From: Candidatus Actinomarina sp.
GTDB lineage: Bacteria; Actinomycetota; Acidimicrobiia; Actinomarinales; Actinomarinaceae
Length of the DNA: 64,000 bases
Assembly (NCBI GenBank): GCA_038142145.1
Contig: JAYQJM010000005.1
Coordinates: 252,733 to 316,732, forward strand
Direction of reading: 5' to 3'
Part shown: piece after piece, positions 1-10,381 of the stretch
Numbering within the stretch: the first letter of the stretch is position 1
How the letters are laid out: each line of letters opens with the position of its first letter
Translations under genes and position numbers: made by a program
Notes under the pieces: model-generated
The model's database searches: none
The model's input: only the letters and a program-made list of their open reading frames with translations
What the model was told of the DNA's origin: nothing

Positions 1-608
1 TAGGAAGTGGACTAAATATTTTTGAACCATACGGAAATATGGTCGTTGATATCGGTGGTGGAACAACTGAAATCGCTGTTATTTCAATGGGAGATATTGT
101 TAATGCAAATTCAGTTAGGGTAGGCGGTGAAGACATGACAGAAACCTTAATTGAATGGCTAAGAAGAGAGCATCAAATTTTAGTCGACGTAGGAATTGCT
201 GAAAGCATCAAACACGCCGTTGGTTCAGCATATCAATACGACAAAGAACCTCAGGTTACAGTTACTGGAAGAGATATTGTAAAAGGAGTCCCTAAACAGG
301 TATTGCTTGAAGCAAGCGATGTAAGAGATGCACTCACTTCTGTAGTCAATGATATTGTAGAAGCAATCAGAATTTCACTTTCTCAGACTCCGCCTGCACT
401 TGTCTCAGACATAGACAAAGATGGTGCATGGCTTACTGGTGGAGGTTCATTGTTAAAGCAGTTAGATAAAAAAATTGCCGAAGATCTTGGTATTCCTGTA
501 AATAATACTGATGACCCACTAAGTTCAGTAGTTATTGGTTCAGGTATTTGTTTAGAGCGATTTCAGGATTTTAAGTCTGTACTTAAGTTCTCACCTAAAC
601 CAAATTAA
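1..608 (+). CDS. mreB: Rod shape-determining protein MreB, C-terminal ~200 aa (5-prime end lies outside window; reading frame begins at nt 3)
   Basis: Motifs MVVDIGGGTTEIAVIS and WLTGGGSLL; collinear with E. coli MreB C-terminal half; followed by mreC/mreD/PBP2/rodA. Confidence 0.9.
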   Translation, partial: GSGLNIFEPYGNMVVDIGGGTTEIAVISMGDIVNANSVRVGGEDMTETLIEWLRREHQILVDVGIAESIKHAVGSAYQYDKEPQVTVTGRDIVKGVPKQVLLEASDVRDALTSVVNDIVEAIRISLSQTPPALVSDIDKDGAWLTGGGSLLKQLDKKIAEDLGIPVNNTDDPLSSVVIGSGICLERFQDFKSVLKFSPKPN

Positions 609-1400
609 ATGTTGAATAGACCAAGTTTTAATATAAGAAGATATATATTTTTTATATTTGCTATTTTTTTGTGTGGTTTGATTTTTATAGTTGACAATTT
701 TACTAATAAAAGAGTTTCAAATTTTATTCCAAATAATGTAAGTATTGTAAGTAATTTTAAGATCTCAGAAAAATTTCTAGAAAATGATTTTTTAATGTTG
801 TTTGAGAGCAAATCTGATCTTATAAACGAAAACCTTAGATTGAAAAATGAAGTTTTAGAATTAAGAAGATTAAAAGAATTGAATTTTCAACTTACTGAAG
901 AAATAGAGTCATACAGTCAATTCATTAAAAAAGCACAACTTGAAGATGCTAACTACATCTCCACAAGGTTGATTCTTAAAAACTCAAATGAGGAATTACT
1001 GATTAATGGAGGGAGAGATTTAAATTTTAAGCCTGGAGATCTTGTCTTGAACAATCAATATGTGATAGTGGGTTATCTAGAAGAGGTTTTTAACGATTAT
1101 TCAATTCTAGAAACACTGAATTCTACAGATTTCTCCATTCAAATGATTGACAAATATAACAATATTTATACTGTAACAAATAGTGGGAATCAAATATTTC
1201 TCAATTCAAATGCCGATGTTAACAATTATGATGTAGATGATATTTTATTTAGCGATACTACTCTTGGATCTAATGGGAGTTATCCATTCTTAAAACTTTC
1301 AGATTTTGAACTAACTTATTCAAATAATAAATTATCAGGATTTAGTAATAATATTTTTGAAATCAATATGAGAACTCTTCTCTACGTAGAAAATGACTAA
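609..1400 (+). CDS. mreC: Rod shape-determining protein MreC (N-terminal TM, coiled-coil ENLRLKNEVLELRRLKEL, beta-rich C-terminus)
   Basis: Position immediately after mreB, size 263 aa, TM + coiled-coil architecture typical of MreC. Confidence 0.65.
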   Translation: MLNRPSFNIRRYIFFIFAIFLCGLIFIVDNFTNKRVSNFIPNNVSIVSNFKISEKFLENDFLMLFESKSDLINENLRLKNEVLELRRLKELNFQLTEEIESYSQFIKKAQLEDANYISTRLILKNSNEELLINGGRDLNFKPGDLVLNNQYVIVGYLEEVFNDYSILETLNSTDFSIQMIDKYNNIYTVTNSGNQIFLNSNADVNNYDVDDILFSDTTLGSNGSYPFLKLSDFELTYSNNKLSGFSNNIFEINMRTLLYVEND

Positions 1401-1843
1401 TGAGTATTAACACTCAACTTAAAGTTTTTTCAATTCTTTTATTAATGTTGTTTTTAGATTTATTTCTAAATACATCAATATCAAATCAATTATTCACTTT
1501 TAGCTTATTCTTTGTCTACTTATTTTTACTTGGAAGAAAGTATTTTTCTAATAAATTAATTTTTTTATTAATAATTGTTGGGTTGTTTTATGAATCTATA
1601 TTTAGTACAAACTATATTGGTATTTTTACTGCGAGTGTATTGCTAGTAGTTGTTCTTTCAAACGTAACAATATTTTTTGAAAGTAAAGTTTTTTTATTTA
1701 TTATTTTTTTAATTTCTTATATTGCGTTTTACAGCGCTATTAGAACAAGTATTAACTTTATAGATTTAAATTTATTGATAAGTTTGTTATTAAATTTTTT
1801 AATTTTTTATCGAATCGATAAACTTATCAAAAGAGATGTTTAA
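1400..1843 (+). CDS. mreD: Rod shape-determining protein MreD (small polytopic membrane protein)
   Basis: 147 aa, entirely hydrophobic helices, ATGA overlap with mreC stop, sits between mreC and PBP2. Confidence 0.5.
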   Translation: MSINTQLKVFSILLLMLFLDLFLNTSISNQLFTFSLFFVYLFLLGRKYFSNKLIFLLIIVGLFYESIFSTNYIGIFTASVLLVVVLSNVTIFFESKVFLFIIFLISYIAFYSAIRTSINFIDLNLLISLLLNFLIFYRIDKLIKRDV

Positions 1844-3671
1844 ATTTCAAAGAGTTCAGTTTTTATTTATTATTATTTTATTAATTTTCTCTTTTGTTTT
1901 ATTTGATATTTTCTCGCTACAGGTCACAGAATATTCTTCTGTAGAAGAACAAATCCAAAATCAAACTTTTCAGGAATATTACATTCCCGCACCTAGAGGA
2001 GAGATTTTTGATTCTAAAAATACAAAACTCGTAAGTACTAATTTAGAACAGTATATGTTTATAAATCTAAAAAAAATTAATAAAGAAAACTTATCAACAT
2101 ACAAACAATTAATAAAATTCAATTTTATTGAATTGAGTAATGAGGATATAGAAAATATATTTAATTCTAAGGAAGCTCTTGAACCTGTCTATTCATTAAC
2201 AAATATTAATTTTTCTATCCAAAAACAACTTTTAGAATATGATGCTCTAGAAGTATTTGAGATACCCTCTAGAGAATATTTATATTCAAATGTTTTTTCT
2301 CATTCAATTGGTTATGTTGGCATTCCTAATGCTGAAGAAGAAAACGAATACCAAAATGCAAGAGGTAATAAACTGGTTGGTAAAAATGGACTTGAAAAAT
2401 TCTATGAAAATACTCTTGCAGGGGTTCCTGGAAAAGTAATCTTTAAAGGGGATCAAATTATTGACTATATTGATCCAATTCCCGGACAAGATTTGACTGT
2501 TACTTTAGATATCAAACTTCAAGAGATAGTTATTGAGTCACTTATTGAGGGTTTAGATTTAGCAAATAAAAATTTTGAGTCGGAATCAAATATCGAAAGA
2601 GGAGCAGTTGTCGTGCTAAATATTGAGACTGGTGAAGTTGAAGCTATGGTCTCTCTTCCTGATTTTGACCCAAATCAATTTGTTGAAGGCATTTCCCAAT
2701 TTGACTATTCAAGACTGGATAGAAAGCAAGCTTTTAACAACTTTGCAATTCAAGGATTGTACCCACCAGGTTCAGTTTTTAAGGTTGTCGCATATTGGCT
2801 AGCAATTAGTGAAAATATCTTTCCAGTTGATGCAAATAGTAAAGACGATTCTATTGACTGTACTGGTAATTTATCCTTTGGTTTCAATGATGGTTCGAAA
2901 CAGGTTTATAGTGACTGGAAACTTGAAGGTCATGGTGCAGTAGATCTACGAGAATCACTAAAACAATCTTGTAATGTATATTTTTGGGATATAGCACTAA
3001 AGATATGGAGAGAATTTGGTAATACAGATGGAGAGTCTTTACTTCAAGAGTATTCAAAAGAGTTAGGATTTAGTAAATTAACAAATGTAGATCTTCCTTA
3101 TGAAAAAATTGGCATTGTCCCAGACAGACAACTATTTGAAGAGTGGAAGGTTACTCGTCCAGAATTAGTTAGAGAAGAAGGATGGCTAGGTGGCGATTTA
3201 ATGAACTTGATTATTGGACAAGGTGCTATTACCACAACACCACTTCAAGTAGCTAATGCATATAGAACATTGATAGTTGGTCAAAACTCATCACCATATC
3301 TAAATCTAAATGCATCGAGAGTTGTCAATAATAATATCAATATAAGTAATGAATTTTCTGAATTTTTATTAAATGATTTAGGTTCAGTAACAAACACTGG
3401 GGGTACTGCTTTTAAAGCTTTTAGCATTATGGGGGATGAAGTAAATGATATAGGTGGAAAAACTGGTACTGCACAAAATGCTGGAGATAAAAATAATACA
3501 TCTTGGTTTGTAGGAATTGATTCAATTTCAGAACCAAAATATGTAATTGCTACTGTAGTTGATGAAGGAGGCTCGGGCAGTGCTGTTGCAGCACCAATAT
3601 CTAGAAGAGTGATACAGTTTTTAAAAGGTTTAGAGCTTACTCCAGTAGAGTTTGGAGAAATTACTGAATGA
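1836..3671 (+). CDS. mrdA: Penicillin-binding protein 2 (elongasome transpeptidase)
   Basis: SxxK (GSVFK), SxN (SCN), KTG (KTGTA) motifs; N-terminal TM anchor; conserved mreBCD-mrdA-rodA order. Confidence 0.85.
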   Translation: MFKFQRVQFLFIIILLIFSFVLFDIFSLQVTEYSSVEEQIQNQTFQEYYIPAPRGEIFDSKNTKLVSTNLEQYMFINLKKINKENLSTYKQLIKFNFIELSNEDIENIFNSKEALEPVYSLTNINFSIQKQLLEYDALEVFEIPSREYLYSNVFSHSIGYVGIPNAEEENEYQNARGNKLVGKNGLEKFYENTLAGVPGKVIFKGDQIIDYIDPIPGQDLTVTLDIKLQEIVIESLIEGLDLANKNFESESNIERGAVVVLNIETGEVEAMVSLPDFDPNQFVEGISQFDYSRLDRKQAFNNFAIQGLYPPGSVFKVVAYWLAISENIFPVDANSKDDSIDCTGNLSFGFNDGSKQVYSDWKLEGHGAVDLRESLKQSCNVYFWDIALKIWREFGNTDGESLLQEYSKELGFSKLTNVDLPYEKIGIVPDRQLFEEWKVTRPELVREEGWLGGDLMNLIIGQGAITTTPLQVANAYRTLIVGQNSSPYLNLNASRVVNNNINISNEFSEFLLNDLGSVTNTGGTAFKAFSIMGDEVNDIGGKTGTAQNAGDKNNTSWFVGIDSISEPKYVIATVVDEGGSGSAVAAPISRRVIQFLKGLELTPVEFGEITE

Positions 3672-4750
3672 TCAATAGAAGAATTACCTTGATTGGTCCA
3701 GAGGGAACAAATCTCTATATAGTTTTTCAATTTGTTTTATTTAATGTAATCTCGTGGTTCACTTTGTATACATCAATTGAAAGTCTTGAATTTAATCTTT
3801 CAAATTTGCTATTTAGGCAAATAATTTTTTCATCAATAGGTATTGGAATATTTTTTTTAACTACATATATTTCAATAAATCAAGTTGCGGAATTAAGTTT
3901 CTTTTTTATATTGGTGTCCATAATACTTCTATTTGGCCTTCTTTTGACAGAACCTATAGTCGGGGTGAATAGGTGGTATAGCTTAGAGGCTATTGGGTTG
4001 CCAGTTTATTTACAAGTTTCAGAATTTAGTAAAATTTTTGTAATAGCTTATTTAGCAAGGATCCTGTCGGGTTATGAAAATAAAACAATTGGGTTTTCAT
4101 TAATTTTTACAAATATAATTTTAATATTTCTACAACCAGATTTAGGAACATCATTTCTATTTGTCAGTGTTGTTTTTTGTATGTTATTTTTGACAGAGAT
4201 AAAATTTAAACAAATATTTTTAATTTCTTTATGCTTAATTATTTTGTTTTTTATTTTTTTAGAATTTAATCTTCTGGGTCAATATCAAATTGATAGAATA
4301 ACAAATTTTTTTACTAGTGAAGATTTTTCACAACAACAAAGCAGACTATCTATATCCTCTGGTGGACTTACGGGAACCTTTAATCAAGAAATAGAAGATC
4401 TAAATGTATTCGTACCAGTACAATCAACAGATTTTATTTTTTCTTTGTTTGCCAAGAATTTTGGACTTGTGGGAACTGTTGTTTTATTTTCTCTTTGGTT
4501 ATTTTTTATTTTTCGAGTTCTAATAATTATTAAACAAAGTGATGTAATTTATGAGAAGTTTCTATTATCTGGTGTAGTTTTAATGTTATCAATTCAAATA
4601 TTAATTAACCTGACAACTGTCCTGGGAATCATACCTTTGACAGGTATCCCATTTCCTCTACTCAGCTTAGGTGGATCATCTGTTATTTCAACTTCCATTT
4701 TATTTGGACTAATCAATAGGTCATTTATAGAAAACAACATTGTAATTTAA
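3668..4750 (+). CDS. rodA: Peptidoglycan glycosyltransferase RodA (FtsW/RodA/SpoVE family)
   Basis: 10-TM protein, QPDLGTSFLF motif (E. coli RodA EPDLGTSIL), overlaps PBP2 stop by 4 nt. Confidence 0.85.
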   Translation: MINRRITLIGPEGTNLYIVFQFVLFNVISWFTLYTSIESLEFNLSNLLFRQIIFSSIGIGIFFLTTYISINQVAELSFFFILVSIILLFGLLLTEPIVGVNRWYSLEAIGLPVYLQVSEFSKIFVIAYLARILSGYENKTIGFSLIFTNIILIFLQPDLGTSFLFVSVVFCMLFLTEIKFKQIFLISLCLIILFFIFLEFNLLGQYQIDRITNFFTSEDFSQQQSRLSISSGGLTGTFNQEIEDLNVFVPVQSTDFIFSLFAKNFGLVGTVVLFSLWLFFIFRVLIIIKQSDVIYEKFLLSGVVLMLSIQILINLTTVLGIIPLTGIPFPLLSLGGSSVISTSILFGLINRSFIENNIVI

Positions 4751-4804
4751 TTTACTTAAGCTATTAAAGTTATAACTATGAATTTATTAAATTATCATCA
4801 TTCT

Positions 4805-4809
4805 GGAGG
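4805..4809 (+). promoter_or_regulatory. Shine-Dalgarno GGAGG 6 nt upstream of rne/rng ATG
   Basis: ctggaggtttttATG. Confidence 0.5.
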
Positions 4810-4814
4810 TTTTT

Positions 4815-6281
4815 ATGTTTGGCATTTTCAAAAAGTCAAAAATAGTACGTAAAAGTGACGAATTAAATAATACGCAAACAAAGTGGTTTAACGGACAAAA
4901 GGTAAAAATTAAATCTGGTTCTACAAGCGTAAAATCAAGCAGTTCTAAGAAGTATAAAGAGAAAAATCCTACTTGGTTTCGTGAGCAACCCTTACCAGTG
5001 CCAAATGTCGACAAAAAGCAAATGCTTGTTAGTTCTAAAGATGGAGTTACAAAAGTAGCAATCTTAGAAGGACCTACATTGGTTCAGTATTACACTTCAG
5101 AAAATAATAAAAAATCGAATGTTGGCAATATTTATTTAGGTAAAGTTAAAAATGTTTTACCTGGAATGGAGGCTGCATTTGTTTCTTTTGGAGAAGAAAA
5201 AAATGGAGTTTTATATGTTGCAGACATACAGGGTTCAAGTAGAAATTCAAAAATAGAAAATTTACTTAAGCCCGAGCAAGAAATCTTAGTACAAGTTGTA
5301 AAAGATGCGATGGGAGAGAAGGGTGCTCGGTTAACAGGCCAAATTTCTCTACCAGGTAGATATCTTGTTCTTATGCCTAATTCAAAAACTAAAGGTATTT
5401 CAAGAAGGCTTTCAGATGAAGAAAGATCAAGATTAGATCGTATCATTAGAAAAATAAAACCGGATAATTTTGGTGTTATTGTAAGAACTGCTGCTGAAGG
5501 CGTCAGTGAAGAAGCATTAAAAATAGATATTGAAAAATTAGAAGATGAATGGAAAGATGTAAGTAATTACTCTACTGGAGATTCTCCAAAACTAATTCAT
5601 GAAGAGCCAGATGTTTCCATAAAGGTAGTTAGAGAACATTTAAATACAACTTTTAAAAAGGTTCTAATAGATAAAAAAGATCAATATGAAGAAATACAGG
5701 AATATGTTTCTATTACATCTCCAGAAATAAAAGAAATTGTTGAGTTGTATCAAGATGAGATGCAATTATTTGAGAGGTACCATATTGAAGATCAAATTAA
5801 AAAAGCTCTAGATAGAAAAGTATGGCTGCCATCTGGGGGACATTTGATTATTGATAGAACAGAGGCTTTGACCGTAATTGATGTAAATACAGGAAAATTT
5901 GTTGGTAAAAATAGCCTAGAAGAGACAGTTTATGAAAACAACCTTGAAGCGGCTGAAGAGATAGCGCGACAACTTCGTTTAAGAGATATTGGTGGAATTA
6001 TTGTAATTGATTTTATTGATATGGAGTCAACAAAAAAACAACAAAGTTTACTCTCTAGGTTTAAACAGGAGCTAGCTAAAGACAAGACTAGAACACAGGT
6101 TTTCGATGTTTCAAGACTTGGACTTGTTGAAATGACTAGAAAAAATGTTGCTGCTGGTTTAGTTGAAAGCTTTTCTGAAGAATGTGAACAATGCAATGGC
6201 CGTGGGTTAATTATTAATGATATTTTTTCAAATAAAAGCTTAGAAGAAGGCTTGATTGAAAACGAAGCTGTAGTAGAGTAG
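4815..6281 (+). CDS. rng: Ribonuclease E/G family endoribonuclease (short 488-aa form with Lys/Ser-rich ~75-aa N-terminal extension)
   Basis: S1 domain, GGIIVIDFIDM catalytic-core motif, C-terminal CxxC; precedes rplU-rpmA-obg as in Gram-positive/actinobacterial genomes. Confidence 0.8.
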   Translation: MFGIFKKSKIVRKSDELNNTQTKWFNGQKVKIKSGSTSVKSSSSKKYKEKNPTWFREQPLPVPNVDKKQMLVSSKDGVTKVAILEGPTLVQYYTSENNKKSNVGNIYLGKVKNVLPGMEAAFVSFGEEKNGVLYVADIQGSSRNSKIENLLKPEQEILVQVVKDAMGEKGARLTGQISLPGRYLVLMPNSKTKGISRRLSDEERSRLDRIIRKIKPDNFGVIVRTAAEGVSEEALKIDIEKLEDEWKDVSNYSTGDSPKLIHEEPDVSIKVVREHLNTTFKKVLIDKKDQYEEIQEYVSITSPEIKEIVELYQDEMQLFERYHIEDQIKKALDRKVWLPSGGHLIIDRTEALTVIDVNTGKFVGKNSLEETVYENNLEAAEEIARQLRLRDIGGIIVIDFIDMESTKKQQSLLSRFKQELAKDKTRTQVFDVSRLGLVEMTRKNVAAGLVESFSEECEQCNGRGLIINDIFSNKSLEEGLIENEAVVE

Positions 6282-6288
6282 TTGAGTT

Positions 6289-6615
6289 ATGAGTAATTAT
6301 GCAGTTATTGAAGTGGGAAGCTCTCAAGAAAGAGTAGCCGTTGGTGATAAGATTACTGTCAATTCTGCTTTTAATGCAGAAAAGATAACACCTATTCTTG
6401 TCAGTCCTAGAAAAGGACAACTAATTACAGACAGTACTGAATTAAAGAAATTTGAAGTTCAATTATCACTAGTTAAAGAAATAAAATCAAAAAAAATTAA
6501 CATATTTCAATATAAAAATAAAACTGGAAACAGAAGAAGACTGGGTTATAGAGAAAACCAAAAAATTTTAGAAGTGACAGGTATAAATGGTTTCGATAGC
6601 TCAGAGGAGGAATAA
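6289..6615 (+). CDS. rplU: 50S ribosomal protein L21 (bL21)
   Basis: [13 protein letters not shown]... N-terminus like L21 (MYAVIETGGKQ), 108 aa, upstream of rpmA. Confidence 0.85.
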   Translation: MSNYAVIEVGSSQERVAVGDKITVNSAFNAEKITPILVSPRKGQLITDSTELKKFEVQLSLVKEIKSKKINIFQYKNKTGNRRRLGYRENQKILEVTGINGFDSSEEE

Positions 6616-6866
6616 TGTCTAAAACTAAAGCTGGTGGGTCAACTAGAAACGGTAGAGATTCAGAGTCAAAACGACTTGGCACTAAAGTTTTTGACGGTGA
6701 AAAAATTTCTGCTGGTTCTATTATGGTAAGACAAAGAGGTACCAAAATTCATCCAGGTGAAAATGTTTCTAAAGGTGGAGATGATACACTTTTTGCAAAA
6801 ACCGACGGTGTTGTTAAGTTTTCTTCAAGAAATGGTCGTAAATTAGTTAATGTAATTCCTCAATGA
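6615..6866 (+). CDS. rpmA: 50S ribosomal protein L27 (bL27)
   Basis: [17 protein letters not shown]...[15 protein letters not shown] near-identical to L27 consensus; start codon shares the A of rplU stop (TAATG). Confidence 0.92.
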   Translation: MSKTKAGGSTRNGRDSESKRLGTKVFDGEKISAGSIMVRQRGTKIHPGENVSKGGDDTLFAKTDGVVKFSSRNGRKLVNVIPQ

Positions 6867-6870
6867 ACGC

Positions 6871-8064
6871 ATGTTCGTTGATGAAATTAATCTAACAGTT
6901 CAATCTGGAGCTGGTGGGTCAGGTGCAATAAGCTTTGGAAATCCTTCTTTAAAGACAAAACCTTCAGGTGGTTCTGGTGGTGATGGCGGCTCTGTTGTTT
7001 TCAAAGTTGATTCAACCAAAAGGGATTTATCACACATATTATCTAACAGTTCTCTTAAAGCTGGTAATGGCAGCGATGGGAATAAAAATTTACAGAATGG
7101 TAAAAAGGGTGAAGATTTAGTCATTTCTGTCCCTAAAGGTACTCAAATATTATTCAATGATGTTTTATTTGCAGACTTACATTCAAATGATTCTGAATTC
7201 ATATTTATAAATGGTTCAAAAGGGGGTAGAGGTAACTATGAATTGCAATCTAAAAGAATTCCCAATCCTACATTTGCAGAAAATGGTCAAAAAAGAAAGA
7301 AATACGATATAACAATTTCTTTTTCTATATATTCAGATTTAGCAATAATAGGCTTACCAAATGCTGGAAAAAGTACTTTAATTGGAAAACTTACCAACTC
7401 CAAAGCACAAGTTGCAAATTATGAATTTACAACTACCAGTCCAAATCTAGGAGTCATAAACGAATCAGAAGACAGACTAATTATATGTGATTTACCTGGA
7501 ATCATAAAAGGTGCTGCAGATGGGATAGGTATGGGAAAGAAGATATTACGACATCTGAGAAATACCAAATTATTAATATATTTACTTGACCCAACAAATG
7601 CTACTTCTATTGAAGAACAGGATGAACTAATTTCTTCTGAGATTCTAACTTTTGATCTAAACCTTTCAAAACTACCGGTAATTAAAGTGTTGAATAAAAA
7701 TGATATTGCTAAAAATATTGATAGTAATCATTTTTCAATTTCTTGCTTAACTCAAGAGGGTTTACCTGAACTCATTGATGTAATATCTGAAAAAATAGAT
7801 AATTTAGAAAGAACGTATTCAGACTATGAAAGAATTACATTAAATGATGAAAAATATGAAATAATTGAGGCTGATGGTTCTTTTGTGTTTTCAGGTGATT
7901 TAATAGAGAAATTGTTTTCATTAAATGGTTCTAACGATAGTGTTTTAGAAGAAATTTTCTACAGATTTGAAACATCTAATCTTTCAAAGGAAGTTGAAAG
8001 TTTAGGTATTACAGATGGTGATACAATAGTTTTAGGAAATTTAGAATTTGAATATAAAAAATAG
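6871..8064 (+). CDS. obg: GTPase Obg/CgtA
   Basis: MFVDE..I.V.SGAGG.G..SF Gly-rich Obg fold, G1 GLPNAGKST, G3 DLPG, NKxD; 397 aa. Confidence 0.9.
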   Translation: MFVDEINLTVQSGAGGSGAISFGNPSLKTKPSGGSGGDGGSVVFKVDSTKRDLSHILSNSSLKAGNGSDGNKNLQNGKKGEDLVISVPKGTQILFNDVLFADLHSNDSEFIFINGSKGGRGNYELQSKRIPNPTFAENGQKRKKYDITISFSIYSDLAIIGLPNAGKSTLIGKLTNSKAQVANYEFTTTSPNLGVINESEDRLIICDLPGIIKGAADGIGMGKKILRHLRNTKLLIYLLDPTNATSIEEQDELISSEILTFDLNLSKLPVIKVLNKNDIAKNIDSNHFSISCLTQEGLPELIDVISEKIDNLERTYSDYERITLNDEKYEIIEADGSFVFSGDLIEKLFSLNGSNDSVLEEIFYRFETSNLSKEVESLGITDGDTIVLGNLEFEYKK

Positions 8065-9094
8065 AAAAAATATTGTTATAAAAATTGGTACTAGTTCAAT
8101 AACTAGAGATAACAAAATAAATAATGATGTAATAAATTCATTAGCAAAAGTTATTAGCGAGTTTCAAGATGAATATACTTTTACAATTGTTACATCTGGC
8201 GCTGTTGGCTTAGGTGCAAACATATTAAATTATGACACTCGTCCTTCAAATTTAAAAAAACTCCAGGTTGCTTCATCAGTTGGACAGATTGAATTAGTAA
8301 ATGAGTACAAATCAGAATTTAGAAAATATGGATTAAATGTTGCTCAACTATTGCTTACAAAAAATTTGATTGATAATAGAGAGCAATTTGTAAATACAAC
8401 TCAAGCTCTAAATCAGATTTTAGCTGAAAACATAGTTCCAGTAATTAATGAAAATGATGTGGTAGCTACAGAAGAATTAAAATATGGTGATAATGATCGA
8501 CTTTCTGCAATAGTTTCTATAATACTCAATGCAAAAAAATTGATTTTAATTACCAATCAGGATGGTTTATTTGAATTTGATCCTAATAAAAGAAAAGATG
8601 CGAAAAAAATAGATTATATAGAATTTAATTCAGATAAGTTAAACGATTTAATTCCCATATCTTCTTCTGGTGATGGTGTTGGTGGATTTTCAACAAAAAT
8701 AATGGCTTCACAGATGGCAGGTTACTCTGGTGTACAAACTCAGATAATATCATGGTCAGAAGCAAACTTAAGAGATGCTATAAACGATAATCAAGTTGGA
8801 ACACTCATAAAAGAATCTGACAAAAAAATTAAACTAAAAAAACTCTGGATTGTTTATGGAATGAAAGAAGCTTCAATAGTGGACATAGACAGAGGTGCTT
8901 ATGATGCATTACATAAGAACTCTTCTTTGCTTAGCAAAGGTGTGATTAAATACACGGAGTCATTTAGTGAAGGGGAAGGGCTTGCAGTCAGATTTGAGAA
9001 TAATATTTTTGCTAAAGGCATTGCAAAATGTTCCAATGATAACATTAATGATTCAAGTGTGTTAATTCACATTGATGATTTAATAATCTTGTAA
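8048..9094 (+). CDS. proB: Glutamate 5-kinase with C-terminal PUA domain
   Basis: IVIKIGTSSIT, aspartokinase-fold motifs, 348 aa; 17-nt overlap with obg; followed by proA. Confidence 0.85.
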   Translation: MNIKNRKNIVIKIGTSSITRDNKINNDVINSLAKVISEFQDEYTFTIVTSGAVGLGANILNYDTRPSNLKKLQVASSVGQIELVNEYKSEFRKYGLNVAQLLLTKNLIDNREQFVNTTQALNQILAENIVPVINENDVVATEELKYGDNDRLSAIVSIILNAKKLILITNQDGLFEFDPNKRKDAKKIDYIEFNSDKLNDLIPISSSGDGVGGFSTKIMASQMAGYSGVQTQIISWSEANLRDAINDNQVGTLIKESDKKIKLKKLWIVYGMKEASIVDIDRGAYDALHKNSSLLSKGVIKYTESFSEGEGLAVRFENNIFAKGIAKCSNDNINDSSVLIHIDDLIIL

Positions 9095-9135
9095 AATTTG
9101 TTTACTAAAGAAAATTGTTTAATTAACCTTTTTAT

Positions 9136-10378
9136 ATGCTTATAGACATTGGTAAAAATGCAAAAATAGCTGCTAAAGAAATAGCAACTTTATCTACAGA
9201 TCAAAAAAATAGTGTCTTATTTGATATGTCTCAATCTTTAATAAAAAACAAAGATAAAATTTTATCTGCTAATTTAAATGATCTTAACAAATTCAAAGGA
9301 TTTAGAACTTAAGTCATCTCTAATCGATCGTTTAACTTTAAATGATACGAGAATTGATGGCATGGCAGATGGTTTAAAAAAAATTATTAACTTACCTGAT
9401 CCAGTTGGCCAAGTTGTTAATAGCTGGACCACTCCAGAGGGCCTAAATATTGAAAAAGTACGATCTGCTTTTGGTGTTATTGGAGTAATTTACGAAGCAA
9501 GGCCAAATGTCACAAGTGATGTATCTGGGTTATGTTTTAAATCTGGAAATGCAGCAATTTTGCGAGGCTCAAGCTATTGTGTTGATTCTAATGTTGCGAT
9601 ATTAGAAAGTTTAAGAGAAGCGCTCGTAAAAAATAATATCAATGAATATTCAATACAATTAATTGAATCAAAAGATAGAGCAGACACTATTGAATTTATG
9701 AAAATGACAGAATATGTAGATTTAATTATTCCTAGAGGTGGAAAAAGTTTAATTTCTACTCTCGTTGAAAACTCAAAAGTACCATTCATACTTGATGGTG
9801 ATGGAAATGTACATTTATATATTCATGAAGACGCAAAAGAAGAATACATTTTAGATGTTGTGATAAATTCGAAAGTGCAAAGACCAGGAGTTTGTAATGC
9901 TCTTGAAACATTGATAATTCATAGGAGTGTTTACCAAAAAATGGGAAATAAACTCATTAACGAATTACTTGCTCAAAATGTTGAACTATATGTTGATGAA
10001 GTGATTAAACAAGATTTTGACAAACTTGAGTTAGCTAATAATGAACACTACGAGACAGAGTTTCATGAGTTGAAATTAGCAGTCAAAACGGTAGACACTA
10101 TAGATGAGGCTATTGAACACATTCAACAATTTTCTTCAGGTCACACAGAAAGCATACTTACTGAATCAAGTGATGCAGCTGAACAATTTTCATCTAGCAT
10201 TGACTCTTCTGTAATTTTTATTAACGCTTCAACGAGATTTACTGATGGAGAAATGTTTGGATTTGGTGCTGAAATTGGTATCAGTACTCAAAAACTTCAT
10301 GTTAGAGGTCCAATGGGACTGGAAGCACTAACAAATGAAAGATACATCGTTAAAGGCAAAGGAACTATTAGAAAGTAA
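9136..10378 (+). CDS. proA: Gamma-glutamyl phosphate reductase ProA, interrupted by an apparent +1 frameshift (one extra T at about nt 9301, ggaTTTaga); frame 1 covers 9136-9312 and frame 2 covers 9278-10378
   Basis: N-terminus MLIDIGKNAKIAAKEIATLSTDQKN aligns with E. coli ProA [25 protein letters not shown]. After ...DLNKFKG the alignment continues in the +1 frame (LELKSSLIDRL...GMADGL), collinear with E. coli [25 protein letters not shown]. Rest of protein (VIGVIYEARPNVT, catalytic Cys region) intact. Confidence 0.8.
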
Positions 10379-10381
10379 AAA

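Noticed and set aside
605-811. Antisense 68-aa ORF overlapping mreB end/mreC start (and similar antisense ORFs at 2304-2489, 3281-3730, 4787-5014, 5132-5446, 5930-6196, 6214-6420, 6497-6745, 6900-7124, 9574-9789, 10449-10634, 11735-11977, 19919-20104, 20499-20687, 21726-22064, 23591-23839, 24674-24895, 25378-25665, 28038-28265, 28800-28991, 29736-29972, 30689-30883, 33985-34215, 34587-34796, 35718-36110, 37701-37907, 41291-41542, 51811-52014, 52993-53347, 53693-54037, 55072-55332, 56632-56814, 63436-63624)
   Set aside because: All lie entirely inside, and antisense to or out of frame with, ORFs that have strong family-level motifs. Their translations are low-complexity AT-rich-codon artefacts (Phe/Leu/Ile/Lys/Asn runs), and none has an RBS or a recognisable domain.
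2257-2439. Same-strand out-of-frame small ORF inside mrdA (and 22963-23157, 54331-54543)
   Set aside because: Embedded in alternative frames of confidently assigned genes. No independent start signals.
4815-5040. Lys/Ser-rich N-terminal 75 aa of RNase E/G as a separate small gene or signal peptide
   Set aside because: Continuous in frame with the S1 domain, with no internal RBS. Basic low-complexity extensions are common in RNase E-family proteins.
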